DNA of 64,000 bases from positions 62,001 through 126,000 of the forward strand of contig CT868185.1 of the NCBI GenBank assembly GCA_000165425.1. The letters are read 5' to 3'. Positions within the stretch are counted from its first letter, which is position 1; each line of letters opens with the position of its first letter. Shown piece after piece: positions 52,082 through 64,000 of the stretch. The stretch comes from Paramecium tetraurelia. Taxonomy: Eukaryota. The translations under genes and the position numbers were made by a program. Under the pieces are notes generated by a model. That model searched no databases. It was not told the DNA's origin and worked only from the letters and a program-made list of their open reading frames with translations.

Positions 52082-53444
52082 TCACATGTTTCTTTTGATT
52101 CTTTCAATGTCCAAGTTGACAGCATATTCAAAATTGTTGTAATTGGACTCTTCCTACTTGATTACACTCAATATTTTCATCTGCAAGATCCAATTATTCA
52201 AGTTATTGACATCAATTTTCAAATCATTCAGTTATCTTAATTCAATATACCTTGAATTTATTTTTTTTTTCAATTCCTCATCAATATTCAATAGTTATTA
52301 TTGTTAATGAACCTAACTAACAAACTCTTCTAATCCTTGATAATTGATGGGTGTATTTTGAGTGGGAACCTGTGGATTAATTTTGATTGAATCGGCAGTT
52401 TATATAAAACTCTTCCCAGTTGAAAGTATGAGTACATTCGTTTGGACTGGTACTTCCACCATAGAGTATTGGAAGTCGATTCCAATTTTGGAATGTTAAA
52501 TAAATTTTTGGATGTTTTAGAGATTTTATACTGTCTTTCCTGAAATTTAGCCCTCCTTCATCAATGTTTCATCTACTACGATTTGAGAGTTGATATTAGT
52601 GGGAATGCAAAGGAGTCCTTGTGAAATGGTGTTTTCATCGAAATTCTTTTTGGATAGAGTTTCAATATTGGCCAAATACTCGTATTCAAGGGGAATATAG
52701 AGTGTAGGGGAATAGATGGATTGTAGGACAGATTTGAGGTTTTCAGCATCGTTTTTAGACAGCCCATAAATGTTGAATATTTACCTGGCACCTTCAGCAT
52801 AGGTTTCATATTTGGAGGAGGAGAGTAGGTGCAAGGCCAATAGTTCTGAGGCCAAAGGATCTTTGAGTGTGAGATTGAAGTTATTGATTAGTTGTTAGTA
52901 GAGTTGCAATTTGTTGATTTGATTATTGAATGTGGGTTGGATGTATTTGATGACATTGAAGTAGATTTCATCTTCGTATTGGTGTTTGAGGGCAAGGATA
53001 TTGAATTTGTTGAATATTTTTGGTTTGATGGGATCGTTGAAGTTGGAGTAGAGAGTGACAATTGATTTGGTAGGTTTGTACAGATGATTGGGATCTAGGA
53101 TGCATGCTGTGTAGGCTTATTTGTCAAAATAGAGAGGTTATCCATCAACTGGGGATTCACAACCTAATGGGTAGATGACGACTTGATTGTTTTAGGAAAC
53201 AGCTCCTATGAAGACGTCCTAATCCAACACATCAATTATTTGGATGGTCAGGTAGACTAGTTGATCGGAGAGGTCTTGGGGTTGAAGTGATTCCAGAGTG
53301 GATATTGATTGATTTGACAGTTGCAATGCAGTGAAGTAATTTCGAATTTCGTTCTAGGAATATGATATGAGGGGGTACTTGATCTTTGATTTCAAGGACT
53401 CGTTCTTGAGTCATTTGTTGGACATCCAATAAAATTTAATCCAT
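52082..53444 (-). CDS. MCMBP: Mini-chromosome maintenance complex-binding protein
   Basis: DPLASELLALHLLS, KKNFDENTISQGLL, IVVDETLMKEGQI...NL, IDFQYS and VLILSTGKSF match the MCM_bind family; 25-nt intron near the 5' end. Confidence 0.82.
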
Positions 53445-53466
53445 AAATAATAAATAAGAACATAAA

Positions 53467-56400
53467 ATGAAACCATAATAAAAGAAATAATAATAACAAT
53501 TGCGGGAGAAGGGTTTCGATACATTTATCTCTGGAGCCAACAAGGATAGGGTTAATTAGAAGAGTAAAAATCAATTGAAGGTGAAGAGCAGGAATGTGAA
53601 GAAGTGGAATGATGAACACAGTCAATCCCAGAAGATAGGCACACTTGATCATGATGATTTGGAGGTCTTGAGGAAGTCGTTAGTGTAAGGTATTGGGCAT
53701 CATTAATTCAGGTAATGTGCTCAGCAAATCTTAATAGGATTTGCTTGAAAAATTGCAGAAAGACACGCCCATCGATCATAGATATGACCCTCACTTTTCA
53801 CAAATATTGGATAGTGACAATGATGAATACGACGAGCAATACATTCAAGAAGAAGAAGAAGTAATTAAAAATTTGAATAGCTAAGTTGTGTTAATCCGAA
53901 GGCGAAGACAACGGTGAAGAAGTCTATAAGGATGACTTTGAAAACACTAAACCTCAAATTCAACCTGTTGTTCAATAACCATAGCCCCAATAAATAATAC
54001 AAGTAGTCAATTTACCTGCTACCAAACCCAGACCCAATAGTGCCATATCAGAATAACCACAATCTCAATAGCAACTACCCAAATAACTTAGATAACCTTC
54101 ACAGGAAATTAAACCTCTTCCCTTGAACAAACCAGAAATAAAGCAATATGCATCTAAACCTCAATTAAGGGCTAATTCGGTCACTAAGTAAGAGGATGTC
54201 AAAAATGATAATCACTCCTTCAACCCTCCTCAGACCTCTTAAAGTTAGAAGCCATAAGAAAAGTAAAAGGATAATCTTGAAGAGTTATTTGAAAAAATTG
54301 AAAAGTTATCAAGTAATGAAAAACAAAAACTCATGTTCTTCTTAAACAAGAACACTATCAATGTAGAAGAGAAGACTGACCGTTCAGAAATTAAAAATGA
54401 ATAGAACTTATAAAAATAGTCATTGGAAACAGTAAGCAAATAATAAAAACAATAAAAAGAGTTATAAATTATTGAAAATAAACCAAAAGAATAAGTATAA
54501 TTGGGTCACCCTTAATAATAATCAAATCACCAACCATCTTTGTAAATACCATAAATTGAAAACAAAAAAAGGAATGCAAGTATCAACAATGTCATTCAAT
54601 TACAATAAGAATTTGTCAATTAAGAAAAGGTATAAATTAGTATGGAAAAAAATTCCGAAATGCTGATTGATAAGAATTGTTAGTTAAAAATAAGAATACT
54701 TTCTACTTGGGGTAATCCAAGTTTAGTAGGTCTCACTGAAATAGAACTTTATGCAATTGATGGTAATAAAGTCTAACTTAAACCATATAATATTAAAATG
54801 GCAAATGCATAGTCACTCAAAATGCCAGAAATCCTTATTAATGGCAAATACTTAACCAAAGATGCAGTCAACATGTGGTTGGGAAGCATGCCTGATCCTC
54901 CAAAAACTATAGATATCGAAATCTCTTATGATGATGATATTGTCTTGGGAGGACTCAAGATCTTCAATTACAATAAGAGTTTGATTGATAGTGTTAAGGG
55001 AGTTAGAGACATGGAAATATTGTGTCGATAGAATGGCAACGTCATCTCTAAAATTGTGGAAATTAAAAAAGGCACAGGCTTTGAAATTGATGATTATGGA
55101 ACTGAAATTCAGATTATGGATAATTTTAAATTCCCAACCTTCTAAAACACTCATTCTAAATTCGCCTAAAAACTCAGGGGCTAAATTGATTAATCAGATG
55201 TTATTGAAAAAAAACAAGAGAAATTAGACGATTCAAAGCCTCCTCCCTCAAGAAAAGGGAAAGGACCTATAGTAGTCGATGTATTCAAAGGAGAAAGATT
55301 AGATACGGGTAAAACAGATAAAAAGGTTGAATAGATACAGCCATCTAATAATAATTCATAACATTAATAACTTATTAATGAGCCTAGAAGAAGAAGAGAC
55401 ATGCCTCAACCTACTTAAGATTATCTTGAAGAGACACTCCAATATTTTAATATTACATAACAAGGTCGATTGAAACCTGTTTAGAGACAAGACATAATTG
55501 AAGATCCAGTAACAGTTCCAAAATATGAAGAAATTGATGCTTTGGATTTTTTTTTCAAAGGTTAATAAAGACCCAATAATGTTTAGCCAAAACAGTAATT
55601 ATCAAAGTGGGAAACACCTTCTTAACAATAGCTTCCTTCATAAATTACCCAATAACCAAACAGAAATAATTATAGATAGCAAACATAAGAAAATGCTTAA
55701 CTCATTAAGGACCTGCTTAATCAACCACTAATTAACTAAGCTCCAATTAAAAAAGCCAAGAAGTAAGTTTCCTTACCAAGCCTTCCTCAGGTTAGGGTAA
55801 TCACGATCCACATACATTCGACTTGGGGAGATAAATATTATGTGGGATTGAATGGAATTGAGATATTCAATGAAGTAGGAAAATAAATTGAGATTTAAGA
55901 TCCATACAGTCAAGTCAAGGCTGATCCTAGTGATATTAATGTGTTACCAGAATATTTCAATGATCCAAGAACACCTGATAAGTTGGTTGATGGAGTATAT
56001 TACACTCAGTCTGATATGCATGTATGGTTGAGTCCATTTTAGAGAGGGAAGATTAATAAGATTACTATTGATCTGAATGAAAAGAAGAAAATTAGTATGA
56101 TTCGAATATGGAATTATAATAAGAGCAGAATCCATAGTTTTAGAGGAGCCAAAGATATTAGTTTATTTTTTGATAATCAAATTGTATTTAGAGGAGATAT
56201 CAAGAAGGGATTTGGAAACATGAATTTATAAAGAGTTATTAATTAAAATGAACAACCCTTTGAACTGTTTCTATTCACTAGTGATGAAAATATCATCTAG
56301 CAAATAGCAAAAAATGATTGGATAAACTCTTAGGAATTCTAAACAATATAGCATGATCATCAAAATGAAAGACCAAATACAGGAAATGCAGATTCAGAAG

Positions 56401-57767
56401 TGAGACCAACGACATCAGCTAAAGTGACTAATCTTTAGAATGAAAGTACTATAAAACCATAATGATTAGTCAAATAGGCCAGATAACAAGAGCAAAATCA
56501 ACAGAGACAAGAGAAATAATAAATTTAAAGAGCATTAGTTAATCAGAATTCAAATGGTATAATTTGTAGATATTTATAAATCAAACTATTAAGACCTTGG
56601 GCAGATTAACCATATATTGGATTGACTGGAGTTGATATTTATGGTATTGATTTATTTATCTATTTAGGTAAGGAGGGAAAAATATAAGTAAAAAACATTA
56701 AATCCGATTATCAAAGTGATGGAGACAAAGGAAACATAATCAGTCTCATAAATGGGATTAATGTGACTACTAATGATATGAATATGTACATCCTACCCTT
56801 TCAGCCTGGAAAGTATATCACTTTAACATTAGCATTTGACATCCCTCAATTAATAACCTCCATCAGAATTTGGAATTACAATAAATCCTATGAGGACTCT
56901 TTTCGAGGGGCCAAGTTCATTAGTTTATTGAGTGATTAGGGAATTATCTCTAATTGTGTTGGATTAAAAAGAGCTCCTGGTTGTGAAATTTATGATTATG
57001 CCTAAACAATAACAATACCATGCAAAGAATATAATTTTGAAGAAACCACTTAAGTCTAAAAATAATTAAGATGCGAATATGAAATCAATAATTTAATGGT
57101 CGGATATGAACTCAAGATCTAATTGATAACTACATTTGGAGATATTCATTATATTGGATTGAATGGTTTAGAAATTCTAGATTCTAAAGGAAGACAAATA
57201 CAAGGCAATATTGGAGCGGAACCTTCATCCATCAGAATTCTTTAATCTATGAGGGGAGACAAAAGAGTAGTAGAAAATCTCTTGGATGGAATTAACGAAA
57301 CCCAAAATGACACTCATATGTGGTTAGCTCCATTCACTAATAGATGTTTTGACCACTCTCAAGATCCTCAAATCAATACTATCTATTTCGGCTCTGAACA
57401 ACCTTTTGCTCTAGGCTGTATCATCTTTTGGAATTACACAAAAACTCCTTTAAGAGGTGTACATGAAATTGCCATTAGTCTTGACGATAATATTATCTAC
57501 AGAGTATAATTATCATCTAAACATAGGGGTATCTAAGATAGGCAGGTAATGATGGAAATCAGACAGTTGTTCTATTTTACAGAGATATGCAGTTGATGGA
57601 AAGATTCAGTGGGAAATATTATACCGAATTTGGGCAAAAACAATCTGCTGGCTATAAAAATGAAGAGAAAGTAACATTATCTTTATTCTATGATCTAGGG
57701 TACGAGATAAGTTTAAACTTATGCTCTTTTAGAAAGACCAATAACTAGAGTCAAAGGTAGTAATTGA
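53467..57767 (+). CDS. KATNIP: Katanin-interacting protein (KIAA0556, DUF4457 repeats)
   Basis: N-terminal EKGFDTFISGAN and four repeats of the type STWGD.YYVGLNGIEIF ... IRIWNYNKS...RG. Confidence 0.9.
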
Positions 57768-57805
57768 TTATAATATATTTTATACAAAATTTATTATATT
57801 TGTAC

Positions 57806-59424
57806 ATGAATTAGAGACATTGTCCATTTTGCTAAAAAATTAAAGACACTTCCAATGTTAAGCATTTCTACCCAGAATTAATCAATAGTGTATCAATAAT
57901 TAAACAATGAACAGGCATTGTACACTAAATATTCATCAAGAAAATCCAAAAACTTTGAAGACTTCTTTGCTCGAAAACCAGTAAAGTGGGTTATTGATTT
58001 TAAAGATCAATTACACCAATTAGATGATGAAGAATACTTGAAAAGGTTGCTTGCATTCATCATATAATAAGATTCTATCCAAGTAACTAACAGCCCCATA
58101 AAATTAAATCTTTATTGGAATACTATAGATTTCATAAGAATCTACCTCGACTCTTTTTTGGAGTCTTGGCAGAAAAAGCAATAGCATATTTTGAGAAAAA
58201 AAAGTATAAGAAATTATTATCAACTATTAAATAGAAAGTAAGAATATAGAAGAATTAAATAAATGCTCGGAATTCCTTATGATTAATCTAATTTAAGTAC
58301 ATGTACAAAAATTTTCGCATAACAAAATTAGAATATGAAAAATTGAATGAGGACATATAAGTTTTAAATAGTTTAAGTAAATTTACTGAAAAATCCACTT
58401 AATCTATATTAAATGAGTTTTTTAAAACGTAACCTAATTAGCCTAGTGATTACAAGTTAGTAAGTATTCTGTTATATATTTTATATAGAATATTGATGAA
58501 ACATGGTTGACTATGTAATATTAGGAATTGAATATTCCATAATTAAACAATAAGTAGGCACTCTAGAATCACAAATCACTTACAAAAATTGTGAAAAAGC
58601 TTTCTAATGATAGGATTAAGCTGCCATTTCATTTATTAAAAGGCAAAACCTTATCGAATATAAGGAATTCACAAAATTAATCTCCAGAAAGACTCAATCC
58701 TACTTAAAAATCATCCTCCTAATAACATATCAATAGCAGCAAAGAAGAATGCGAATTTTAATCATACATGAAGTCAAAAATATTGACGTTATCCTAACAA
58801 AACAAAAAAAAAATCAATAAAATCTTTCAATATAGAAATCAGTTTGATTAAAATTATTATATTAATACATAAGGGAGACGAAACAGCACTCATTTTATTA
58901 CTAGTGCAAGTAGTGTCTCCCCAGAATAAATAAAGATAGATTAGCCACGCTTGAGCTAAATATAATTGAATATATAAGATAGATAAGGCTAATCAAATTT
59001 CTGTAGTTACGGTTTACACTCCACAATGCAAACATCAAGTTAATTCACTTATAAAAATGAGATATCTCCTTAAAAAAAAAATTAGCAGATAATTCAAATT
59101 TATTCAAATAACTTGAGTAGCAAAATAAAAACATAACAAAGAAAATCCCCTGAAAAGTTAAGAATATTTTAACATCCTAATTCATAAACAACAAAATTAA
59201 ATATTTCCAAGGCTGTATTATAAAACAAAGATAAGATACCTCCATTTTTATAACTTAAATTTCGATTGGATGATCTTCAACACTCAAATAATAAAAGAAA
59301 GTAATGTAATCCAAATCCAGATGTACAGTAAATATAAATGGATGATAAATAATAAACAAGAGGATAATCCTACACTATGGTTAAAAATTAAGTTATAACA
59401 AAAAAACCAATAAAAAATAAATGA
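57806..59424 (+). CDS. Hypothetical ciliate protein (EYLKR...EYYRFHKNLPRLF family); 3' end approximate
   Basis: Table-6 frame with several short introns; motif-like N-terminal block followed by an S/Q/K-rich tail. Confidence 0.65.
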
Positions 59425-59928
59425 TAGCTATTATATAATTAAAACTTTTGGAGAATTTTTAATTTAAAAAGTCAATAATTTTTTATATTATTTAGAAAGT
59501 ATCTATAAACAGTCCCAACTCTTTTTTTCTTAAATCTCGATTAGAATCTCCCTTATGATTTGTCATCTCATATATTGATATAATTTATATAATTTGATTG
59601 AGATATTCAGATAAATTATTTAGTAAATCTTATTCACATTTATACTAAACGAAAGAAGTATAATTAATATAAGTGGAGGATATGTTATAATTTCTTTTTC
59701 CTATTGAATCTGATTAATTATATGACATTTTTCACTTTTAAGTGGAATTTTGTTCTACAAAATGATTTATATTTTGGTTATGAGCAACATTTCCTCTAAA
59801 TTTTGAGATTGGAGTAGAGAAGAGTCTTCCACATCAGATAAATACGTAAGAACTTTGATTGCAGTTGAATTGGCTAGCAGAGAAATAATTAATATTTTAA
59901 TAACAAATTTCAATCATATTTCTGTTAA

Positions 59929-62900
59929 ATGAATAATCGATGGTCTATTTCTAACTAAGTTCCCTTGTAGCAATCTCGTTACAAGTAGGAGATTGATAAT
60001 TCGAATGTGCCTAACAATTAACCTGCTTATCAAGTTAAAAATGATGATTAAGTGAGATAACTAGGCCAAAAAGATAGCCCTATTACTTCGTATATATATT
60101 ATCAATATCATTTTAAAAAGTGAAAATAGATAACGAATAAAGAGTTCCTATGATGTAGAAAAATCAAACCTATCCCACAAATACCAAAAAAGTATAGTTC
60201 CATATTATCGACAATAGCTGAGGCATCGTATTCCCCCATAATAAAGTCAACGTACAAAAGAGAGATTTCTCCTCAATTTTAAAAGACTGAGAATTACAAA
60301 TTGATAGATTCATATGAAGTTCGGTTGATGAAGCTAAGTCAAGAGAATGGATAATTATAAAGTCAATTATTTTCAGATCAATAAAAATACAACTAAATAA
60401 TCATAGATTTTGAGTTACAAACCAAGTGCCTAGAATAAAAGCTGCATACTGAAATTATGAATTTATAATAGCATAAATTGTTAATCCAGAACAAGAATGA
60501 AGAAATCAATGCATAAACCCAGGAATTATTGAAATTGGAACAAAAGTACTTCGATTTAGAAACCAAAGTATGAGTATATTAATATTTAAAGATGTTTCAA
60601 CAACAAAAAGACATGGGAATATTAAAATAAGCAAATGATTCCAAAACTATTGAAATTGATGCCTTGAGACAATACATCAAAGAACTTTAAGCCAAGAATG
60701 CAAGGGATTAAGAGGAATTAAAACTTGCAACTGACAGTTCTATTCGTATCACCTATGAACTATAGATAAAAGAAATTTAGATGCAACATAGTGGCAACAT
60801 TGCTAGATTGAATGATTTATTACAATAGGAATAGTAGAAATACAATAGATTACTCAATTAATTTGAATAACAAATGAATGAGTTAAACTATTAGAATGTT
60901 AAATTGAATGATGTAAAGATTGAGAAAGATAAATTATTTGAGGAGAATGCTCGATTGTAAAGGTAATTGGATGAACTTAAAGTATAATAACAAGAACTCT
61001 TGAGAGAATCGGACTCTCAAAGGGATAGATAAATGTAACAAGATAAAAATCATTAAACTACACTAAATGAATTGAAGTCCCATTATGAGTATATGAAGAA
61101 ATCTTAGGTTGAAAGGGAAGTGAAGGAGGTTACTATGAAGTTTTAGGCTGAAAGATTGAATTATGAATCTTAAATAAGGTCTTTAAATCAAAGATTGTTA
61201 GAGTGCGAGGGAAGGATAAATTAAAAGCAAGAAGAGAATCGATAGTTATAGCAAAAGCAATAAGCAATAGAATCTGAATTGAGAGTTTTTGTTTAAGACC
61301 ATGAACATTATAAGAGGATTAAGGAAAATGAATTACAAGAATTGCAAAATGAATTGTCAAAGTAAAGATAATTGTAAAATGATACATAGTTCAAAAACTA
61401 AAATTCATAGAATGAGATCTAGAGATTGAATTAAATTATTAATGACTTTAAAACTGAAATTGATCTTGTTAAATCTTAATCTCAAGAAATTCAAAAGTAA
61501 TTTTAGATAGAATATGAAAATGATCTCAAGAATTTAAAATCAAAATAACAATATGAAAATAGATAATTATAGGATCAAATCAATGATTTGAAAAATGAGC
61601 TTTAGTAATAAGAGTAGGCTCTCAAGTAAAAAGAGGAAGCCCTTCATCAATAAAAGTTAAATTTGTCTTAGAAGTAAGGAGAAATTGATGGATTAATCTA
61701 GAAATTAGAAAATTTAGAAAAACTAAAGGATCAAGAAATAAATCAATATCAAAGTGAAATTGATAACCTTTAAAGAGAATAAAATTTATCCTCAACCAAA
61801 CTAGCTAATGAAAAGAGTCTCTTAGAACAACAAATTAAATAATTGAAATAAAGATTAAATGATTTGGAGACTTAATAAATCTAATAGGAGTTCAACAATG
61901 AACAAGGAAAGCAAGAATTAGAATAGAAATTATAATAAAAGGAATTTTAATTGCAGTAACTGTAAAATGAAAGAAATAACATAAATTCTTAGTTGACTGT
62001 TTATAAATAGAAGATTGAGTAATTGGATTAGATAATACAAGAATTAAGAGAGTAGAATTAGTAAATAAGTTAAGAGATTGAGGATTAGAAACAATAGAAT
62101 GAAAGTGATAGAGCTTAATTTGTAAAGAAAGAACTTGGCTTGGAAAATAAGGTATAATAATTAAAATAACAAATGATGTAAAGAGAACAAGAATTGTAAT
62201 AGTATATAAACGAGTTGGACTCTACAAATAATAAAGTTCGATAATAGGAGTTAATTACACAATAAAGTTAAGATGAATTTAGAAGAAGGGAAAATTAATA
62301 TGTTCAGGAAATTACCAATTTAAAACAACTTATGGATACTACTCAACAAAGGTAAAGTGAATATTAAAGTATGAGAGAGACATTGTAAGAACAAGTGTAA
62401 AGTTTATAAGAGAAAAGCTAAAATAAAGAAAAGGAAGTGGAAGAGCAAGCATAAAAGTATGAAGAGCTAAGAGATTTATATAATCAATTTATTGAAGAAA
62501 CCAACTTAAAATTAGAGTATTATCAAAGAATAGAATACGGAGAGGAAGGAATCTGATTTGAAATATCAAGCAGAATTGGTATTTAATTAAGTTATAATTT
62601 TAGAACGCTGCTTAAGACAGGATAAGGGTTTTAGAAATTGAATCAGAAACTCTTTAATTAAGATAAAATCAACTTCTTAAGGAAAGAAGGGAATTAGAAA
62701 ATTTATTGGATGAAAAATCAAAAGAAATTGAATAACTTAAAAATTAACTTAATTAGGATTATATCTCTAATGAAGAATATACTTCTTTATAAAGAAAGTT
62801 CAATGAACAAACAGAAGAATTACATTTATTAGAATAAAAACAAATTAAATTTGGAACAGAAAAAAAACAATTAGAAAGATAAATAGACAAATTGAATCAA

Positions 62901-63415
62901 GATATAGAACTTAAAGATTAAGAACTTTAATAGACTGATAATTTAATGAAAAAAAGAAGAAGTGAATAGGATGAATTAAATAGGAAGATTGATTCATTAA
63001 CTAGAGATAACGCTAAAGTATCTCACGATTTATCAGATACACAAGCTTCATTAGGTTCTAAATTTGACTAAATAAATGCTTTGAAGAGAGAGAACGAAGA
63101 TTTATAGATTTAATTAGCATCAGCAAAGAAATAATATGAGAAGGCATCAGAATAATTGAATAAAAAGAACTAAGAATTACTAGAAAAGTTTAATGATGCT
63201 GAGATTAAAAAGTCATATTCTTCTGGTGAAAACACAGCTGCCAAGGTTGTGACAGCAACTACAATAATAAAGACATCCCAAGTATAACTTAATACTCCAT
63301 TAATACCAGAAGAAGAGGACGAGAGTTAAAAAGGAACTGAAAGATCTGGTTAGCAATTTAAGGTAAATTATTTTTATAATTTAATTAGACTTCTCAAAGA
63401 TCTGAAGAGAAGTGA
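59929..63415 (+). CDS. Large coiled-coil protein (apparent frameshift or atypical intron near 62517-62544)
   Basis: ATG 59929 MNNRWSISNQ, then ~3 kb of Q/E/K/L heptad-rich table-6 frame with a few introns; TGA 63413-63415. Confidence 0.78.
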
Positions 63416-63544
63416 TATGATTTATTTTATATATGTAACATTTTATATCTTTTAAGCAATTTATATGATATTATTTAAAATATAAACATTCAAATGTTTG
63501 AAGTACTATGATTGTTTTTCTTTATTAAACTGGAGTTTTTTTTC

Positions 63545-64000
63545 TCACAAGGTTAAAATTTGATTTATGAAAGTAACATCTAGCTGCTTTAGATTAATAA
63601 TATTTCTCTTGAATTGATATCTTGTAAAATTCGTTTTGGATCACTATCCGTATAATCTTCCTGTTGAGTTTCTAATAATAATTTTATAGAAATTACTTGA
63701 TCTTAGATTTTTATGAACTATCTTATGCTTTCGATCTGAGGCTGATCGATCGCATTCTTAAACATTCTTGGAATTAATTTTTGGCAATGATTCATTAAGT
63801 TCATTCAAAGTCTCTAGTTTGAATTTAATATCTAATCTAAAAATGATTACTTAATATAATAACTTTTATTGTTTTTAGTCTAAACTATTTGCATTCATGG
63901 CAACCAACTTGGCAGATTTCATTTTTGATCCTTTTTATAATTGAAAATTCATAGCATAAACATCTTTTAAAATATTAGACGGTTATTTCTTTTGTTTTGC
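63545..64000 (-). CDS. 3' part of a hypothetical gene starting beyond the window
   Basis: Coding-like table-6 frame (LDIKFKLETLNELNESLPKINSK) with a probable intron; boundaries not resolved. Confidence 0.4.

Noticed and set aside
1070..57509. Supplied ORF track taken at face value (many 60-120 aa ORFs, including antisense ones such as 1438-1689, 22905-23273, 29657-29911, 38308-38649, 53392-53652 and 54852-55154)
   Set aside because: They were computed with TAA/TAG as stops. They are fragments, off-frame shadows or antisense shadows of longer table-6 genes.
1..64000. Retained IESs, transposons, telomeric repeats, CRISPR arrays, rRNA or snRNA genes
   Set aside because: I recognised no paired TAYAG-type ends interrupting genes, no transposase or RT motifs, no C4A2/C3A3 tracts, no spaced direct repeats and no snRNA/rRNA signatures. 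Weak cases could be missed by eye.

Overview
AT-rich eukaryotic DNA that reads as a ciliate macronuclear (somatic) chromosome segment, most likely Paramecium. Genes only open up if TAA/TAG are read as Gln and TGA is the sole stop (translation table 6). They are interrupted by tiny (~20-31 nt) GT...AG introns, so the supplied standard-code ORF track shows only fragments. Re-translating by hand gives about 40 tightly packed protein genes and one tRNA-Ser(TGA). The recognisable genes are a DHHC palmitoyltransferase, B-box protein, SVOP-like MFS transporter, cytidine deaminase, ASF1, a Rab GTPase, a PX sorting nexin, BT1 transporter, two alpha/beta hydrolases, CAMK-like and NEK kinases, an R2R3-Myb, a MINDY deubiquitinase, a SHIPPO-repeat protein, two trichocyst-matrix-like proteins, a Sec14 protein, mitochondrial uL11, PRA1-like, LRR, SPATA4/SPEF1-like, CFAP210-like, MCMBP and KATNIP. 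I found no transposon, telomere, CRISPR array or convincing retained IES. The most striking observations are architectural: two convergent genes whose stop codons abut (TGATCA, zero spacer), two divergent genes whose ATGs sit 8 nt apart in a perfect 14-bp palindrome, and a four-gene block with 8/0/16-nt spacers. There is also a tRNA-Ser with U73, three apparent +1 frameshifts in otherwise intact genes, and an intergenic double hairpin. All coordinates and family calls come from manual reading, and no database search was run. I cannot demonstrate a wholly new system.
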